From positions 2,304,001 through 2,368,000 of the forward strand of contig OY821641.1 of the NCBI GenBank assembly GCA_963555995.3: a stretch of DNA of 64,000 bases, in the 5' to 3' direction. Shown here in pieces: positions 29,655 to 39,854 of this stretch. How positions within the stretch are numbered: the stretch's first letter is position 1; each line of letters begins with the position of its first letter. The notes under the pieces were generated by a model that worked only from the letters and a program-made list of their open reading frames with translations, made no database searches and had not been told where the DNA came from. Origin of the DNA: Vicinamibacteria bacterium (GTDB lineage Bacteria > Acidobacteriota > Vicinamibacteria > Marinacidobacterales > Marinacidobacteraceae). Made by a program: the position numbers and the translations under genes.

Positions 29655-30557
29655 ATGAGCCTGCTGAACCGGGCCATCGCCGGGACCCTCCCGCTCCTGC
29701 CGAGGGCGGTCATCGAGCCGTTCGCCCGGCCGTACATCGCGGGCGAGACCGTGGCCGATCTCGTCCGGGAGGCCGAGGCGCTGAACCGCCAGGGGTACCT
29801 GGTGGCGACCAGCCAACTCGGCGAGTTCGTGACCGACCGCGCCGAGGCGGAGGGGGCGACCGCGGTGTACCGGCAGCTCCTCGACGAGATCCACGAGCGG
29901 CGGCTCGCCGCCTACGTCCACGTGAAGGTGACCCAGCTCGGGCTCATGATGGACCGCGACTTCTGCCGCGACCAGGTCCGTTCCCTGCTGGAGCACGCGG
30001 CGAAGCGCGGCGGCGCCTTCCTGCGGATGGACATGGAGGACAGCCCGCGGATCGCCGCGACGCTGGGTCTGCACCGCGAACTGCGTCCCGCGTATCCGAA
30101 CTTCGGAGTGGTGCTCCAGGCCCGGATGCGCCGCAGCCTCGAAGACGCCCGGGAACTCGCCAAGGTGAAGGCGAACGTCCGCGTCTGCAAGGGCGTCTAC
30201 CTGGAGCCCCCCGACATCGCCTACACCGATCCGCAGGAGATCCGGGACCACTACCTGGCCATCCTCCGCGTCCTGCTCTCCGCCGGGTGCTACGTCGGCA
30301 TCGCCACCCACGACGAGTGGCTCGTTGACGAGGCTTCCCGCATGGTGCGCGAGTTCGGACTCTCGGCCGAGCAGTACGAGTTCCAGATGCTCCACGGGGT
30401 CCGGCCCCGGTTTCGGGAGAAGGTGAAGCGGTCGGGCCACCGGGTCCGGGTCGGGGTGCCGTTCGGTCCCGACTGGATGCCCTATTCGCTGCGCCGGCTG
30501 CGGAAGAACCCCGAAATCGCCCGTCACGTCCTGCGGGCCGTCTTCTCCAAGGGCTGA
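29655..30557 (+). CDS. Monofunctional proline dehydrogenase
   Basis: YIAGET, VKVTQLG, RMDMED, RVCKGVY, IATHD, EFQMLHG, YSLRRL. Confidence 0.93.
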   Translation: MSLLNRAIAGTLPLLPRAVIEPFARPYIAGETVADLVREAEALNRQGYLVATSQLGEFVTDRAEAEGATAVYRQLLDEIHERRLAAYVHVKVTQLGLMMDRDFCRDQVRSLLEHAAKRGGAFLRMDMEDSPRIAATLGLHRELRPAYPNFGVVLQARMRRSLEDARELAKVKANVRVCKGVYLEPPDIAYTDPQEIRDHYLAILRVLLSAGCYVGIATHDEWLVDEASRMVREFGLSAEQYEFQMLHGVRPRFREKVKRSGHRVRVGVPFGPDWMPYSLRRLRKNPEIARHVLRAVFSKG

Positions 30558-30589
30558 GCCAGGGCCATCCCCGGATAGACTCGCGCGCC

Positions 30590-31573
30590 GTGGCACTGAT
30601 CCTGACGGAGCGGGAGGTCGCCGAAGTCCTCTCGATGAAGGAGGCCGTGAGGCTTCTCGAAGAGTCGTTCCGGCTCCACGCCGAGGGGCGGACGCAGCTT
30701 GCGCCGCGCCTCGTGATGCCGCTCAGCGGGGTGGCGGGGAACTTCCGGATCATGGCGGCGGTGATCCCGGACATGGGCGGCTTCGGCCTGAAGACCCTGA
30801 CCGGGACCCCGGGGAAACGGGCGCCCGAGGACACCTACTTCGCGCTCCTCTACTTCGACACCGAAACCGGGGCGCTCCGGGCGGTGATGCCGGGGACCCA
30901 CATCACCGGCACCCGCACCGGGGCCGCCAGCGGGGTGGCGACCCGGCACCTGGCGCGGGAGGACGCCACCTCGCTCGGGCTCATCGGGGCGGGCTTCCAG
31001 GGCCGGAACCAGGTGGCGGCGGTGCGCGAGGTGCGGGACATCCGCACCGTCCGCATCCACGACGTGTTTCCGGAAGCCGCGGCCCGCTACGCGGCGGCGC
31101 TGTCCGCGGAGGGTCTCGACGCGGAACCGGTGGAGACCGCCGAAGCCGCCGTCCGCGGCCTCGACGTGGTGTGCGCCGCCACCACCGCGAAGGAGCCGGT
31201 CATCCTGGCGGACTGGCTCGAACCCGGGATGCACGTGAACTCGGTGGGCGCGAACGCCCCCGTGAAACGTGAGGTCGAAGCGGCGGCGTTCTCCCGCTGC
31301 CGGGTGGTGCTCGACTTCCGCGAGCAGGTGCTGGGCGAAGCCGGGGACCTGATGGCGGCGGTCCGGGACGGGGACTTCCCCGAGAGCGCCATCCACGCGG
31401 AACTCGGCGACGTCGTGGCCGGCCGGGTCGCCGGCCGGGAGTCGGCGCAGGACATCACCCTGTTCAAGTCGGTCGGCGTGGCCATCGAGGACGTCGCCTG
31501 CGCCGCCTTCGTTTACGACGAGGCGCGAAAGCGCGGACTCGGCCAGCCGATGCGCCTCCAGGACGCGAGTTAG
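30590..31573 (+). CDS. Ornithine cyclodeaminase / mu-crystallin family, paralog 2
   Basis: ITGTRTGAASGVAT, GAGFQG, HVNSVGA, ITLFKSVGVAIED. Confidence 0.92.
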   Translation: MALILTEREVAEVLSMKEAVRLLEESFRLHAEGRTQLAPRLVMPLSGVAGNFRIMAAVIPDMGGFGLKTLTGTPGKRAPEDTYFALLYFDTETGALRAVMPGTHITGTRTGAASGVATRHLAREDATSLGLIGAGFQGRNQVAAVREVRDIRTVRIHDVFPEAAARYAAALSAEGLDAEPVETAEAAVRGLDVVCAATTAKEPVILADWLEPGMHVNSVGANAPVKREVEAAAFSRCRVVLDFREQVLGEAGDLMAAVRDGDFPESAIHAELGDVVAGRVAGRESAQDITLFKSVGVAIEDVACAAFVYDEARKRGLGQPMRLQDAS

Positions 31574-31597
31574 GACCGAGTCAACCCGAGGTCGGAC

Positions 31598-33058
31598 ATG
31601 CAGCACACCACCGAACGGTTCACCTCGCGCTGGGGCGTCCTGCTCGCCACCATCGGGATGGCGGTCGGCACCGGGAACATCTGGCGCTTTCCGCGGATCG
31701 CGGCGCAGAACGGGGGCGGGGAGTTCCTGATCCCGTGGGTGATCTTCCTCTTCCTGTGGGCGATCCCGCTGGTGCTGGCCGAGTTCGCGCTCGGGAAGAG
31801 CTCCCGGCGGGGGCCGGCGGTCGCCTACGGCGTCGCCACCGGCGCCCGGCACAACTGGATGGGGGTCTTCGTCGGGCTCGTCACCACCTTCATCACCTTC
31901 TACTACACGGTGGTCACCGGCTGGTGCCTCAAGTACCTGGTGAGTTCCTCCGTCGGCGATCTGCAGGGCGCCGACCCGCAGGCGTTCTGGGACAACTTCA
32001 CCGCTCATTCGAGCCAGCCGGTCCTCTTTCACGGCCTGGCGCTGGTGGTCGCGTCCTTCATCATCTTCCGCGGGGTCGCCGGCGGGATCGAGCGGGTGAA
32101 CCGCTACCTGATCCCCACGCTCTTCATCCTGCTGGCGGTCGCGGCGGCGCGCGCGGTGATGCTCCCGGGCGCCGCCGAGGGGCTCCGCTTCCTGTTCGTG
32201 CCCGACGTGGGCAACCTGAGCGACTACCGGCTCTGGCTCTCGGCGCTGACCCAGACCGCCTGGAGCACCGGCGCCGGCTGGGGGCTCATCACCGTGCTCG
32301 GGGCCTACGTGGCCGAGGGTCAGGGGTTCGTCAAGACCGGCATCACCGCGGTGCTCGCGAACAACTTCGCCTCGCTGCTCGCCGGGGTGGCGGTGCTGTG
32401 CACGGTGTTCGCGCTGAGCACCTCCGCCGCCGACACCGAGGCCGCTCTCGGCGCGAGCAACGAGGGGCTGACGTTCATTTGGCTGCCGCGCCTGTTCGCC
32501 GACATGCCCGGAGGCGGCGTACTGCTGCCGCTCTTCTTCCTCACGCTCTGCTGCGCCGCCATCTCCTCGCTCATCACGCAGCTCGAACTCGTGAACCGGA
32601 TGGTGATGGACCTGGGGGTCGAGCGCCGCCGTTCCGTGCCCATGGTGGCGGCGGTCGCGTTCGTGATGGGGCTGCCTTCCGCGTTCGCGCTCGGCTTCTT
32701 CCGCAACCAGGACTGGGTGTGGGGCGTCGCGCTGATGGTTTCGGGGCTCTTCGTCGCGATCACCGTGATCCGCCGGGGAGCGCGCCGGTTCCGCGAGGAG
32801 CACCTGCTGGGGCCGGAGGAGGAGTGGCGCGTCGGTCCCTGGTTCGAGCGGCTCATCACCTGGCTCATCCCCATCGAGTTCGTGGCGCTCGTGACCTGGT
32901 GGATGTGGCAGGCGGCGTCCGTCGAGGGCGGCTGGGACCCGTTCGGCGAGTTCACCGCCGGGACGGTGGTCTTCCAGGTCGGCCTGCTGATCCTGCTCTG
33001 TCTGGTGATCAACCGTTTCGTGTGGAAGCGCGCGAGCGCCGCATCGAACCGCGATTGA
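31598..33058 (+). CDS. Sodium-dependent transporter, NSS/SNF family
   Basis: GMAVGTGNIWRFP, NGGGEFLIP, GGIE, GLTFIWLP. Confidence 0.94.
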   Translation: MQHTTERFTSRWGVLLATIGMAVGTGNIWRFPRIAAQNGGGEFLIPWVIFLFLWAIPLVLAEFALGKSSRRGPAVAYGVATGARHNWMGVFVGLVTTFITFYYTVVTGWCLKYLVSSSVGDLQGADPQAFWDNFTAHSSQPVLFHGLALVVASFIIFRGVAGGIERVNRYLIPTLFILLAVAAARAVMLPGAAEGLRFLFVPDVGNLSDYRLWLSALTQTAWSTGAGWGLITVLGAYVAEGQGFVKTGITAVLANNFASLLAGVAVLCTVFALSTSAADTEAALGASNEGLTFIWLPRLFADMPGGGVLLPLFFLTLCCAAISSLITQLELVNRMVMDLGVERRRSVPMVAAVAFVMGLPSAFALGFFRNQDWVWGVALMVSGLFVAITVIRRGARRFREEHLLGPEEEWRVGPWFERLITWLIPIEFVALVTWWMWQAASVEGGWDPFGEFTAGTVVFQVGLLILLCLVINRFVWKRASAASNRD

Positions 33059-33077
33059 CCCGGGACCCGGCCCATCC

Positions 33078-34373
33078 ATGAGCGGGGAGTCGGGCGCCGT
33101 CCGGCTCAGCGCGTTCGACCGCGCGCTGCTGGCGGGCGAGGAGGGCGAAGCGCCGAAGCTGGCGATGCGCATCCTGGCGCGGATGGCGGAGGTCCGCGGC
33201 GCCGAGGCGATGCTGGACATCGAGGCCGCCCACATCGACAGCACGATCTACGTCGGGGACGCCGGGCTCGAGTTCGCGGAACGGCTCGCGGGACTGGGGG
33301 CGCGGGTGCGGGTTCCCTCCACCCTGAACGTGAGCGGCCTGGACGAATTCCACTGGCAGGAATGGTCGGTTCCCCCCGAGTGGGCGGAAAAGTCCGCCCG
33401 CCAGATGCGGGCCTACGACTCGATGGGGACGATCCCGACCTGGACCTGCGCGCCCTACCAGGGCCGGGCGACGCCCCGGTTCGGGCAGCAGATCGCCTGG
33501 GGCGAATCGAACGCCGTCGCCTTCGCCAACTCGGTCCTCGGAGCGCGCACCGAGCGCTATCCCGACCTTCTCGACATCTGCTGCGCGATCACCGGCCGGG
33601 CGCCCGCGGTGGGTCTCCACCTCGACGAGAACCGGTTGGCGACCCGCGTCCTGCGGCTCGTGGACGTTCCCGAGGAACTCGCCGCCGCGGACGACTTCTA
33701 TCCGGTCCTCGGGCACCTGCTGGGTCCCTTCGCCGAAGACGACCCGGTCGCGATCGCCGGGCTCCCCGTCGTCCCGGAGGAGGACCAGCTCAAGGCGCTC
33801 GGGGCGGCGGCGGCCTCGTCCGGCGCGGTCGCCCTCTTCCACATCCCCGGGGTGACCCCGGAGGCGCCCACCCTCGCGGACGCGCTCGGCGGCCGGGAAC
33901 CCGTTGCGGTGCTCGACGTCGGCCTCCCGGAACTGCGGGCGGCGCGCCGGGAGCTGACGACCCACGCCGAGGGCGCCCTGGACATGGTGGTGCTGGGGAG
34001 CCCGCACTTCTCGTTCGCCGAGTTCGGAAAGCTCGCCGCCGTGCTCCGGGAGCGGGGTCACGGACGCGCGTCGGCGGAGGTGGAGGGATGCGAACTGGTC
34101 GTCACCACGAGCCGCGCGGTGCGGGACCTCGCGGAGCGCGCCGGACTGCTGGAGCCGCTGCACGCCTTCGGGGGCCGGCTGATGGTGGACACCTGCGTGC
34201 TGGCGACCCCGATGGCGCCCGGGATCACTCGCCGGCTCATGACGAACTCCGCCAAGTACGCGTGGTACTCACCGGGCCTCCTGGGGGCGATGGTCGCCTT
34301 CGGCAGTCTGGCCGAGTGCGTGGAGTCGGCCCGCCGGGGACGGGTGGTCCGGGAGCCGGGTCCCTGGGACTGA
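33078..34373 (+). CDS. Aconitase X catalytic subunit (cis-3-hydroxy-L-proline dehydratase-like)
   Basis: AHID, WTCAPY, AWGESNAVAFANSVLGARTERY, LGSPHFS, DTC, TNSAKYAWY. Confidence 0.9.
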   Translation: MSGESGAVRLSAFDRALLAGEEGEAPKLAMRILARMAEVRGAEAMLDIEAAHIDSTIYVGDAGLEFAERLAGLGARVRVPSTLNVSGLDEFHWQEWSVPPEWAEKSARQMRAYDSMGTIPTWTCAPYQGRATPRFGQQIAWGESNAVAFANSVLGARTERYPDLLDICCAITGRAPAVGLHLDENRLATRVLRLVDVPEELAAADDFYPVLGHLLGPFAEDDPVAIAGLPVVPEEDQLKALGAAAASSGAVALFHIPGVTPEAPTLADALGGREPVAVLDVGLPELRAARRELTTHAEGALDMVVLGSPHFSFAEFGKLAAVLRERGHGRASAEVEGCELVVTTSRAVRDLAERAGLLEPLHAFGGRLMVDTCVLATPMAPGITRRLMTNSAKYAWYSPGLLGAMVAFGSLAECVESARRGRVVREPGPWD

Positions 34374-34378
34374 CAAGG

Positions 34379-34807
34379 GTGTCCGACGGCAGCGCACGCC
34401 TTGAGGGGCGGGTGGTCGTCGCCGGCAGCGCCTCGGGCGCCGTTCTCTACGCCACCCAGCCGCTGAGTTTCTGGGGCGGGTACGACGCGGCCTCGGGGCG
34501 GGTCACCGATACGCACCACCCGCTGGCGGGCGCCACGGCGGCGGGGACGGCGCTCGTCCTCCCCGCGACCCGCGGATCCTCGACGACCACGGCGGTTCTC
34601 CTGGAGGCGATCCGGCGGGAAACCGCCCCGGCGGTGCTGGTCACGCGGGGCGTGGATGCCTTCCTGGCCCTCGCCTGCGTGGTGGGCCAGGAGATGTACG
34701 GACGCTCGCCGGCGGTCGTCGCCGTGGACGACGCCGCGTTCGAGAGGCTGGCCGACTGGCCGCGGCTCGAACTACGGGACGGGACGCTGGTCCGCGTGGA
34801 CGGCTGA
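34379..34807 (+). CDS. Aconitase X swivel subunit (DUF126)
   Basis: PLSFWGGYD..SG, HPLAG, RGSSTT, APA. Confidence 0.9.
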   Translation: MSDGSARLEGRVVVAGSASGAVLYATQPLSFWGGYDAASGRVTDTHHPLAGATAAGTALVLPATRGSSTTTAVLLEAIRRETAPAVLVTRGVDAFLALACVVGQEMYGRSPAVVAVDDAAFERLADWPRLELRDGTLVRVDG

Positions 34808-34847
34808 TCCTGCGGCTGGCCGGTGGAGCGCGGCGGCCGAGAACCCG

Positions 34848-35069
34848 TCAGGCGCTCGGTTGGTGCGGCCCACCGGGCTCGGGAAGCCGGGCGGTGAGGA
34901 ACGGGAAGGCGCCTTCGAGGCGCGCCACGCGCTCCCCCAGGGAATGGATCGCGGCTTCGAGCCGATCCATCCGGGCGTCCATGCGGGCGGCGAGGGAGCG
35001 TTGGCCCGTCACGATGAGCGCGGCCAGGGACACCCCGACCGCGACGATGGCGATGACGTCAGGGCTCAT
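34848..35069 (-). CDS. Small protein with N-terminal TM and coiled coil
   Basis: MSPDVIAIVAVGVSLAALIV...RMDARMDRLE...LGERVARLEG. Confidence 0.7.
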   Translation of the reverse strand: MSPDVIAIVAVGVSLAALIVTGQRSLAARMDARMDRLEAAIHSLGERVARLEGAFPFLTARLPEPGGPHQPSA

Positions 35070-35171
35070 GAGTTCTGCCATTGGCGCGGCGCGGACGGGA
35101 TGCCAGCGACTATAGCCGGGCCGCGAACGAGCGGCGGACCCACCCGCACGATATGTGACGCGCCCAGCCCG

Positions 35172-35801
35172 TCACATCGGCACCCAGCCGTCGCCGGCCC
35201 GGCGCTCCATGCGGATCCGCGAGCTGCCGCCGTGGATCACGATGGAGATCACGGCGCCCTCGCCGCTCACCGTGATCCGTCCGGAACCCGACCCGCCGAG
35301 CGGCGAAAAGGAGATCATTCCCGCGAGCCCGACATTGTGGCCGGGAATCGGATCCTCACCCGGTTCGTCGGCGGGCACGCCCCACCGGACGCCGGGAAAG
35401 CGCGCTCCGAACCGCCAGGGGTTCTCCAGCAGGCGCTCTTCACCGTTCGCGATCTCGGCCCGCCGGACGCCGTTGTGGTTCGTGTCGAGCACCAGGGCGA
35501 CCATCGGCGTACCGTCGGGTTCCGGAATCTCGATGCCCCGCTCGGCGAGCGGCGGATCGAAGACCACCGCGACGTTGGCGGCGCGGGACGCCGCCTCCGC
35601 GCGCGCCTTCTGGAGGAGCGAGCGCATGGCGAGGGCCGCCCCGCGGACGCGCTCGGCCCGCAGGTGCCCGGCGAGCGGTGGAATCGCCGTTCCGGCGAGC
35701 ACCATGAGCAGCGCCAGCGCGACGAGAAGTTCGGTCAGCGTAAAGCCCCGAACCCCGTCGCGCCGGCTCGTGACCGCCGGACGAATCCGGCCCCGGCTCA
35801 C
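35172..35801 (-). CDS. GspH/FimT-like minor pseudopilin
   Basis: Prepilin site RG|FTLTELLVALALLMVLAG; ISFSPLG; GTGA overlap with comEA. Confidence 0.85.
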   Translation of the reverse strand: MSRGRIRPAVTSRRDGVRGFTLTELLVALALLMVLAGTAIPPLAGHLRAERVRGAALAMRSLLQKARAEAASRAANVAVVFDPPLAERGIEIPEPDGTPMVALVLDTNHNGVRRAEIANGEERLLENPWRFGARFPGVRWGVPADEPGEDPIPGHNVGLAGMISFSPLGGSGSGRITVSGEGAVISIVIHGGSSRIRMERRAGDGWVPM

Positions 35802-36136
35802 GCGTCCCGGGGCGGACCGGGCCGCTCGCGCCGACCGGACCGCTCGGGCTGAGCCGCCTCCTCGACGGTGACATGTTGCCGGATCTTCTCGTAGGTGTTC
35901 TCGCCGATGCCGGTGATGTTCATGAGCTCTTCGGTACTGGAGAACGGGCCGTTCTCCTCTCGCCACTCCACGATTCGGCCGGCGATCGTGGAGCCGATGC
36001 CGGACAACTCGGTGAGCTCCTCCACCGTGGCGGTATTGATGTTGATGGGTTCTTCCGGCTGGGCCGCCGACACCGCGAGCATCGCCGACGCGGCCACGGC
36101 CAACACGGCCAGGAACGGAACACGGAACTGGATCAT
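35798..36136 (-). CDS. comEA: ComEA-family helix-hairpin-helix DNA-binding protein
   Basis: Signal peptide; ININTATVEELTELSGIG..IA.RIVEWREENGPFSSTEELMNITGIG. Confidence 0.93.
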   Translation of the reverse strand: MIQFRVPFLAVLAVAASAMLAVSAAQPEEPININTATVEELTELSGIGSTIAGRIVEWREENGPFSSTEELMNITGIGENTYEKIRQHVTVEEAAQPERSGRRERPGPPRDA

Positions 36137-36181
36137 GGGGTTCTCCTCGTGGTTGGAAAAACGGTTGGAGCCTTCCCTTCC

Positions 36182-36196
36182 GCAACTCCCGGGCCA
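36182..36196 (-). promoter_or_regulatory. Sigma54 (-24/-12) promoter for comEA
   Basis: TGGCCCGGGAGTTGC on the minus strand = GG-N10-GC, 45 bp before the ATG; RBS GAGGAG. Confidence 0.65.
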
Positions 36197-36464
36197 GCGC
36201 GGTGCGCCCGCCGATCCGGTCGCCCGCTGGCGCCCGCGGGAGGTCACGCTGTACCGCTATCGCCCTTGAATCAATGGGATAGCATCCCCTGCGCGGACCC
36301 GCGCAGGAACCCCGCCGGCAACCTCCTTGCCCGGAACCTCGATCGGAGAGCTCGAACGTCAACAGGCGTTGACGGCGAGCGTCAGCGAACGTTGTCGTCC
36401 GTCAAGATCGCTTTGCCGCCCGACGACCCGGGGGAGACACGAACCGCCGGGCCGCGCGGACGGA

Positions 36465-37904
36465 TCAGGAACCTTCGGCGCCGCCGGCGACGGTTCGGGT
36501 CACCGGGGTCCGCGCGGGAGGCCGCCGGCCGGGCCGCTCGAAGGCGCCCACGAGTTCATCGCGCCACGCCTCGAACACAACCAGATGCTCTTCCGGGATC
36601 GGGGGACCCGGGGGCAGGACGTGGGTGCGCGGGTTCAGGGGCTTCCCGTGGCGGTAGAGGCGGTAGTCGAGGTGGGGGCCGGTCGAGACCCCCGTGGAGC
36701 CGACGAATCCGATGACGTCCCGCTGGTTCACGCGGCGCCCGGGGCGGATCTCGGACGGAAAGCCTGACAGATGGAGGTACTTCGTCAGGTAGCCGCCCGC
36801 GTGGCGCAGGGTGACCATGATGCCGTTCGGGCCGCGCCGGCCGGCGTCCGTCACCACCCCGTCCGCGGTGGACCTGACCGGCGTGCCCAAGGGCGCCACG
36901 TAGTCCACCCCGTAGTGCGGCCGGTACACCCGGTGGATCGGGTGGAGCCTCCGGCTGGTGAAGACCCCCGAGATCCGCGTGTATTCCACCGGACTCATCA
37001 GGAAGGTGCGCTGGATGGAGTTTCCGCGGTAGTCGTAATAGCCGGACTCCCCGGTCGGCAGCTCGAAGCGGAACGCGTAGATGGGCCGGCCGGCATTGAT
37101 ATAGCGGACGGCGTGAAGCTCGCCGTAGCCCTTCCACTCGCCCGCTCCGTTGTAGAGCTTGTCCACGACGACCGAGTACACGTCGCCGACCCGCGTGTCG
37201 CGGTGGAAGTCAATGTCGTACTCGAGCGCCCTGGCGATCCGGCCCGCCAGATCAGCCCGTTCGCCCGCGTCCACCAGGCTCTGGTAGAGGCTGCTGTCCA
37301 CCTCTCCCTGAACCACCTCCCGGCGGTCGAGCGGCTCGGTGCTGGACTCGCGCGCATCCCAGTCCGGCCCCGTCCGGAAGACCGCCACCTCGCGGAAGTC
37401 GTCCAGCGGCAGCTCGATCCGGGCGAGGTCCCCGCGCTCGTCCCGGTGCAGCCAGACCGTCTGGCCGACCCGGAAGCGCCGGACGTCGGCGACCGTGGTC
37501 AAGGCCGCGCTGACCTCGCCCACTTCCGCGAAGGACAGGCCGTTGCGCACCAGCACGTCGGACAACGAGTCTCCCCGGACGAACCGGTCCGGAACCGAAA
37601 ACAGTCCCACCTCCGGCCCGTCGGGGACCGCGGCAACCGCGGCCGCCGGCATTCCGGGCGCCTCCGGCAGGGGGCCGTTCCACGACTTCAGGACGCCCAC
37701 GCCGAACAGGGCGGTCCCGGCAAGAAGACCGCCCGCGACCGCGGTCGCCGAGGCGAAATGGGGGCTCGGACCAGGCGCCGGTGGACCGGGTTCCGCGGCC
37801 TGCTCCTCCCGGTGGGGGCTCGAACGGCGGGGTTCCGGCCTCGTCGCCGGAGGCCCTCCCGGCCCCCACAGGGTGGGCTGCTCACGCTGCTTCGGATTGC
37901 TCAT
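36465..37904 (-). CDS. M23 family peptidoglycan endopeptidase (MepM-like)
   Basis: TM anchor, GDSLSDVL, HYGVDY (HxxxD), GSTGVSTGPHLDY (HxH variant). Confidence 0.9.
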   Translation of the reverse strand: MSNPKQREQPTLWGPGGPPATRPEPRRSSPHREEQAAEPGPPAPGPSPHFASATAVAGGLLAGTALFGVGVLKSWNGPLPEAPGMPAAAVAAVPDGPEVGLFSVPDRFVRGDSLSDVLVRNGLSFAEVGEVSAALTTVADVRRFRVGQTVWLHRDERGDLARIELPLDDFREVAVFRTGPDWDARESSTEPLDRREVVQGEVDSSLYQSLVDAGERADLAGRIARALEYDIDFHRDTRVGDVYSVVVDKLYNGAGEWKGYGELHAVRYINAGRPIYAFRFELPTGESGYYDYRGNSIQRTFLMSPVEYTRISGVFTSRRLHPIHRVYRPHYGVDYVAPLGTPVRSTADGVVTDAGRRGPNGIMVTLRHAGGYLTKYLHLSGFPSEIRPGRRVNQRDVIGFVGSTGVSTGPHLDYRLYRHGKPLNPRTHVLPPGPPIPEEHLVVFEAWRDELVGAFERPGRRPPARTPVTRTVAGGAEGS

Positions 37905-38022
37905 CGCTGCGCCTCGACCGCAATGCGTCCCCACCGGGAGAACCGGCGATCCCGGGGTTCGCGCCCCCGGTTCCATGGACTTGTGGTCACGCCGGGAATT
38001 CTTGAGTATGCCACAGCCGCCG

Positions 38023-38982
<960 letters not shown>

Positions 38983-39088
38983 GCTGGAGCGCTGGTGGTT
39001 CTCCCGGTGGGAACGCTCACACCGGCCCGGTTGCTTTGAGAATGCAGCTTGGGCGAAAGCTCAACCAGCGTCGGTTGCGCCGTCGGCT

Positions 39089-39398
39089 GGGAGCGCCGGT
39101 CTTCAGACCGGCACGCGATGCGCGACAGCGCAGCGCACGGCACGACACTCACCGGCGCGGTGGCGCCCTGCTCCCGGTTCATCAGCGCACGCAGCGATCG
39201 GAGCGCCAGCCTCCGGCTGGCATCGCGCGGGAGCGCGAAACCCACCCTGATGGCGCTCCTCCTCATGAAAGCGGGGCCCACGTTGGGCTTTCTTCAGGAG
39301 ACGTGGCGGCGGTCCTGGTTGGGGTCACGCCACGGGAATCGGCTGAGGCGCGCGTTTCGCGGCCGGTGGCCGCGATGCCGGCCGGAGGCCGGCGCTCC
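39089..39398. repeat. REP cluster: family A, then an inverted family B pair
   Basis: A at 39089-39114, B at 39200-39226, inverted B at 39372-39398. Confidence 0.85.
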
Positions 39399-39401
39399 GG
39401 G

Positions 39402-39779
39402 GGTCCGAGCCGCTCGTAAGCCGAGTTCTGTTCCCCGGCGCGGTCGCCCGCGGCGGGGTGACGGTCATGCATCTAGCCCGGCGGTTGCCCGACGGGTCGA
39501 GCGACCTACCCGGAAGCTCGGACAGGCGGCCCTCGGGCGCTTCCCTATTTGGTCTTGCTCCATGCGGGGTTTACCGTGCCCCGGACATCACTGCCCGGGC
39601 GGTGCGCTCTTACCGCACCTTTTCACCCTTACCGCTCCCCGGAGGGAGAGGCGGTCTGTTTTCTGTGGCACTTTCCTTCCGGTCACCCGGACTGGGCGTT
39701 ACCCAGCGCACTGCCTTCTGGAGTTCGGACTTTCCTCCCGCTCCCGGAGGAGCCGGCGACCGTCTGAACGACTCGAACC
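39402..39779 (-). ncRNA. rnpB: RNase P RNA, bacterial type A
   Basis: GAGGAAAGTCCGAACTCC, AGTGCCACAGAAAACAGACCGCC, GGTAAACCCC, TAGATGCATGACCG, ACAGAACTCGGCTTA; P1 GGTTCGAGTCGTTC/GAGCGGCTCGGACC. Confidence 0.97.
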
Positions 39780-39854
39780 GCCCCGGATTCTAGCGGCCCG
39801 GTTCAGCCGGGATGCATCGTCCGTCGAACGACGCGTGGGTTTTGCCGCGGGCTG

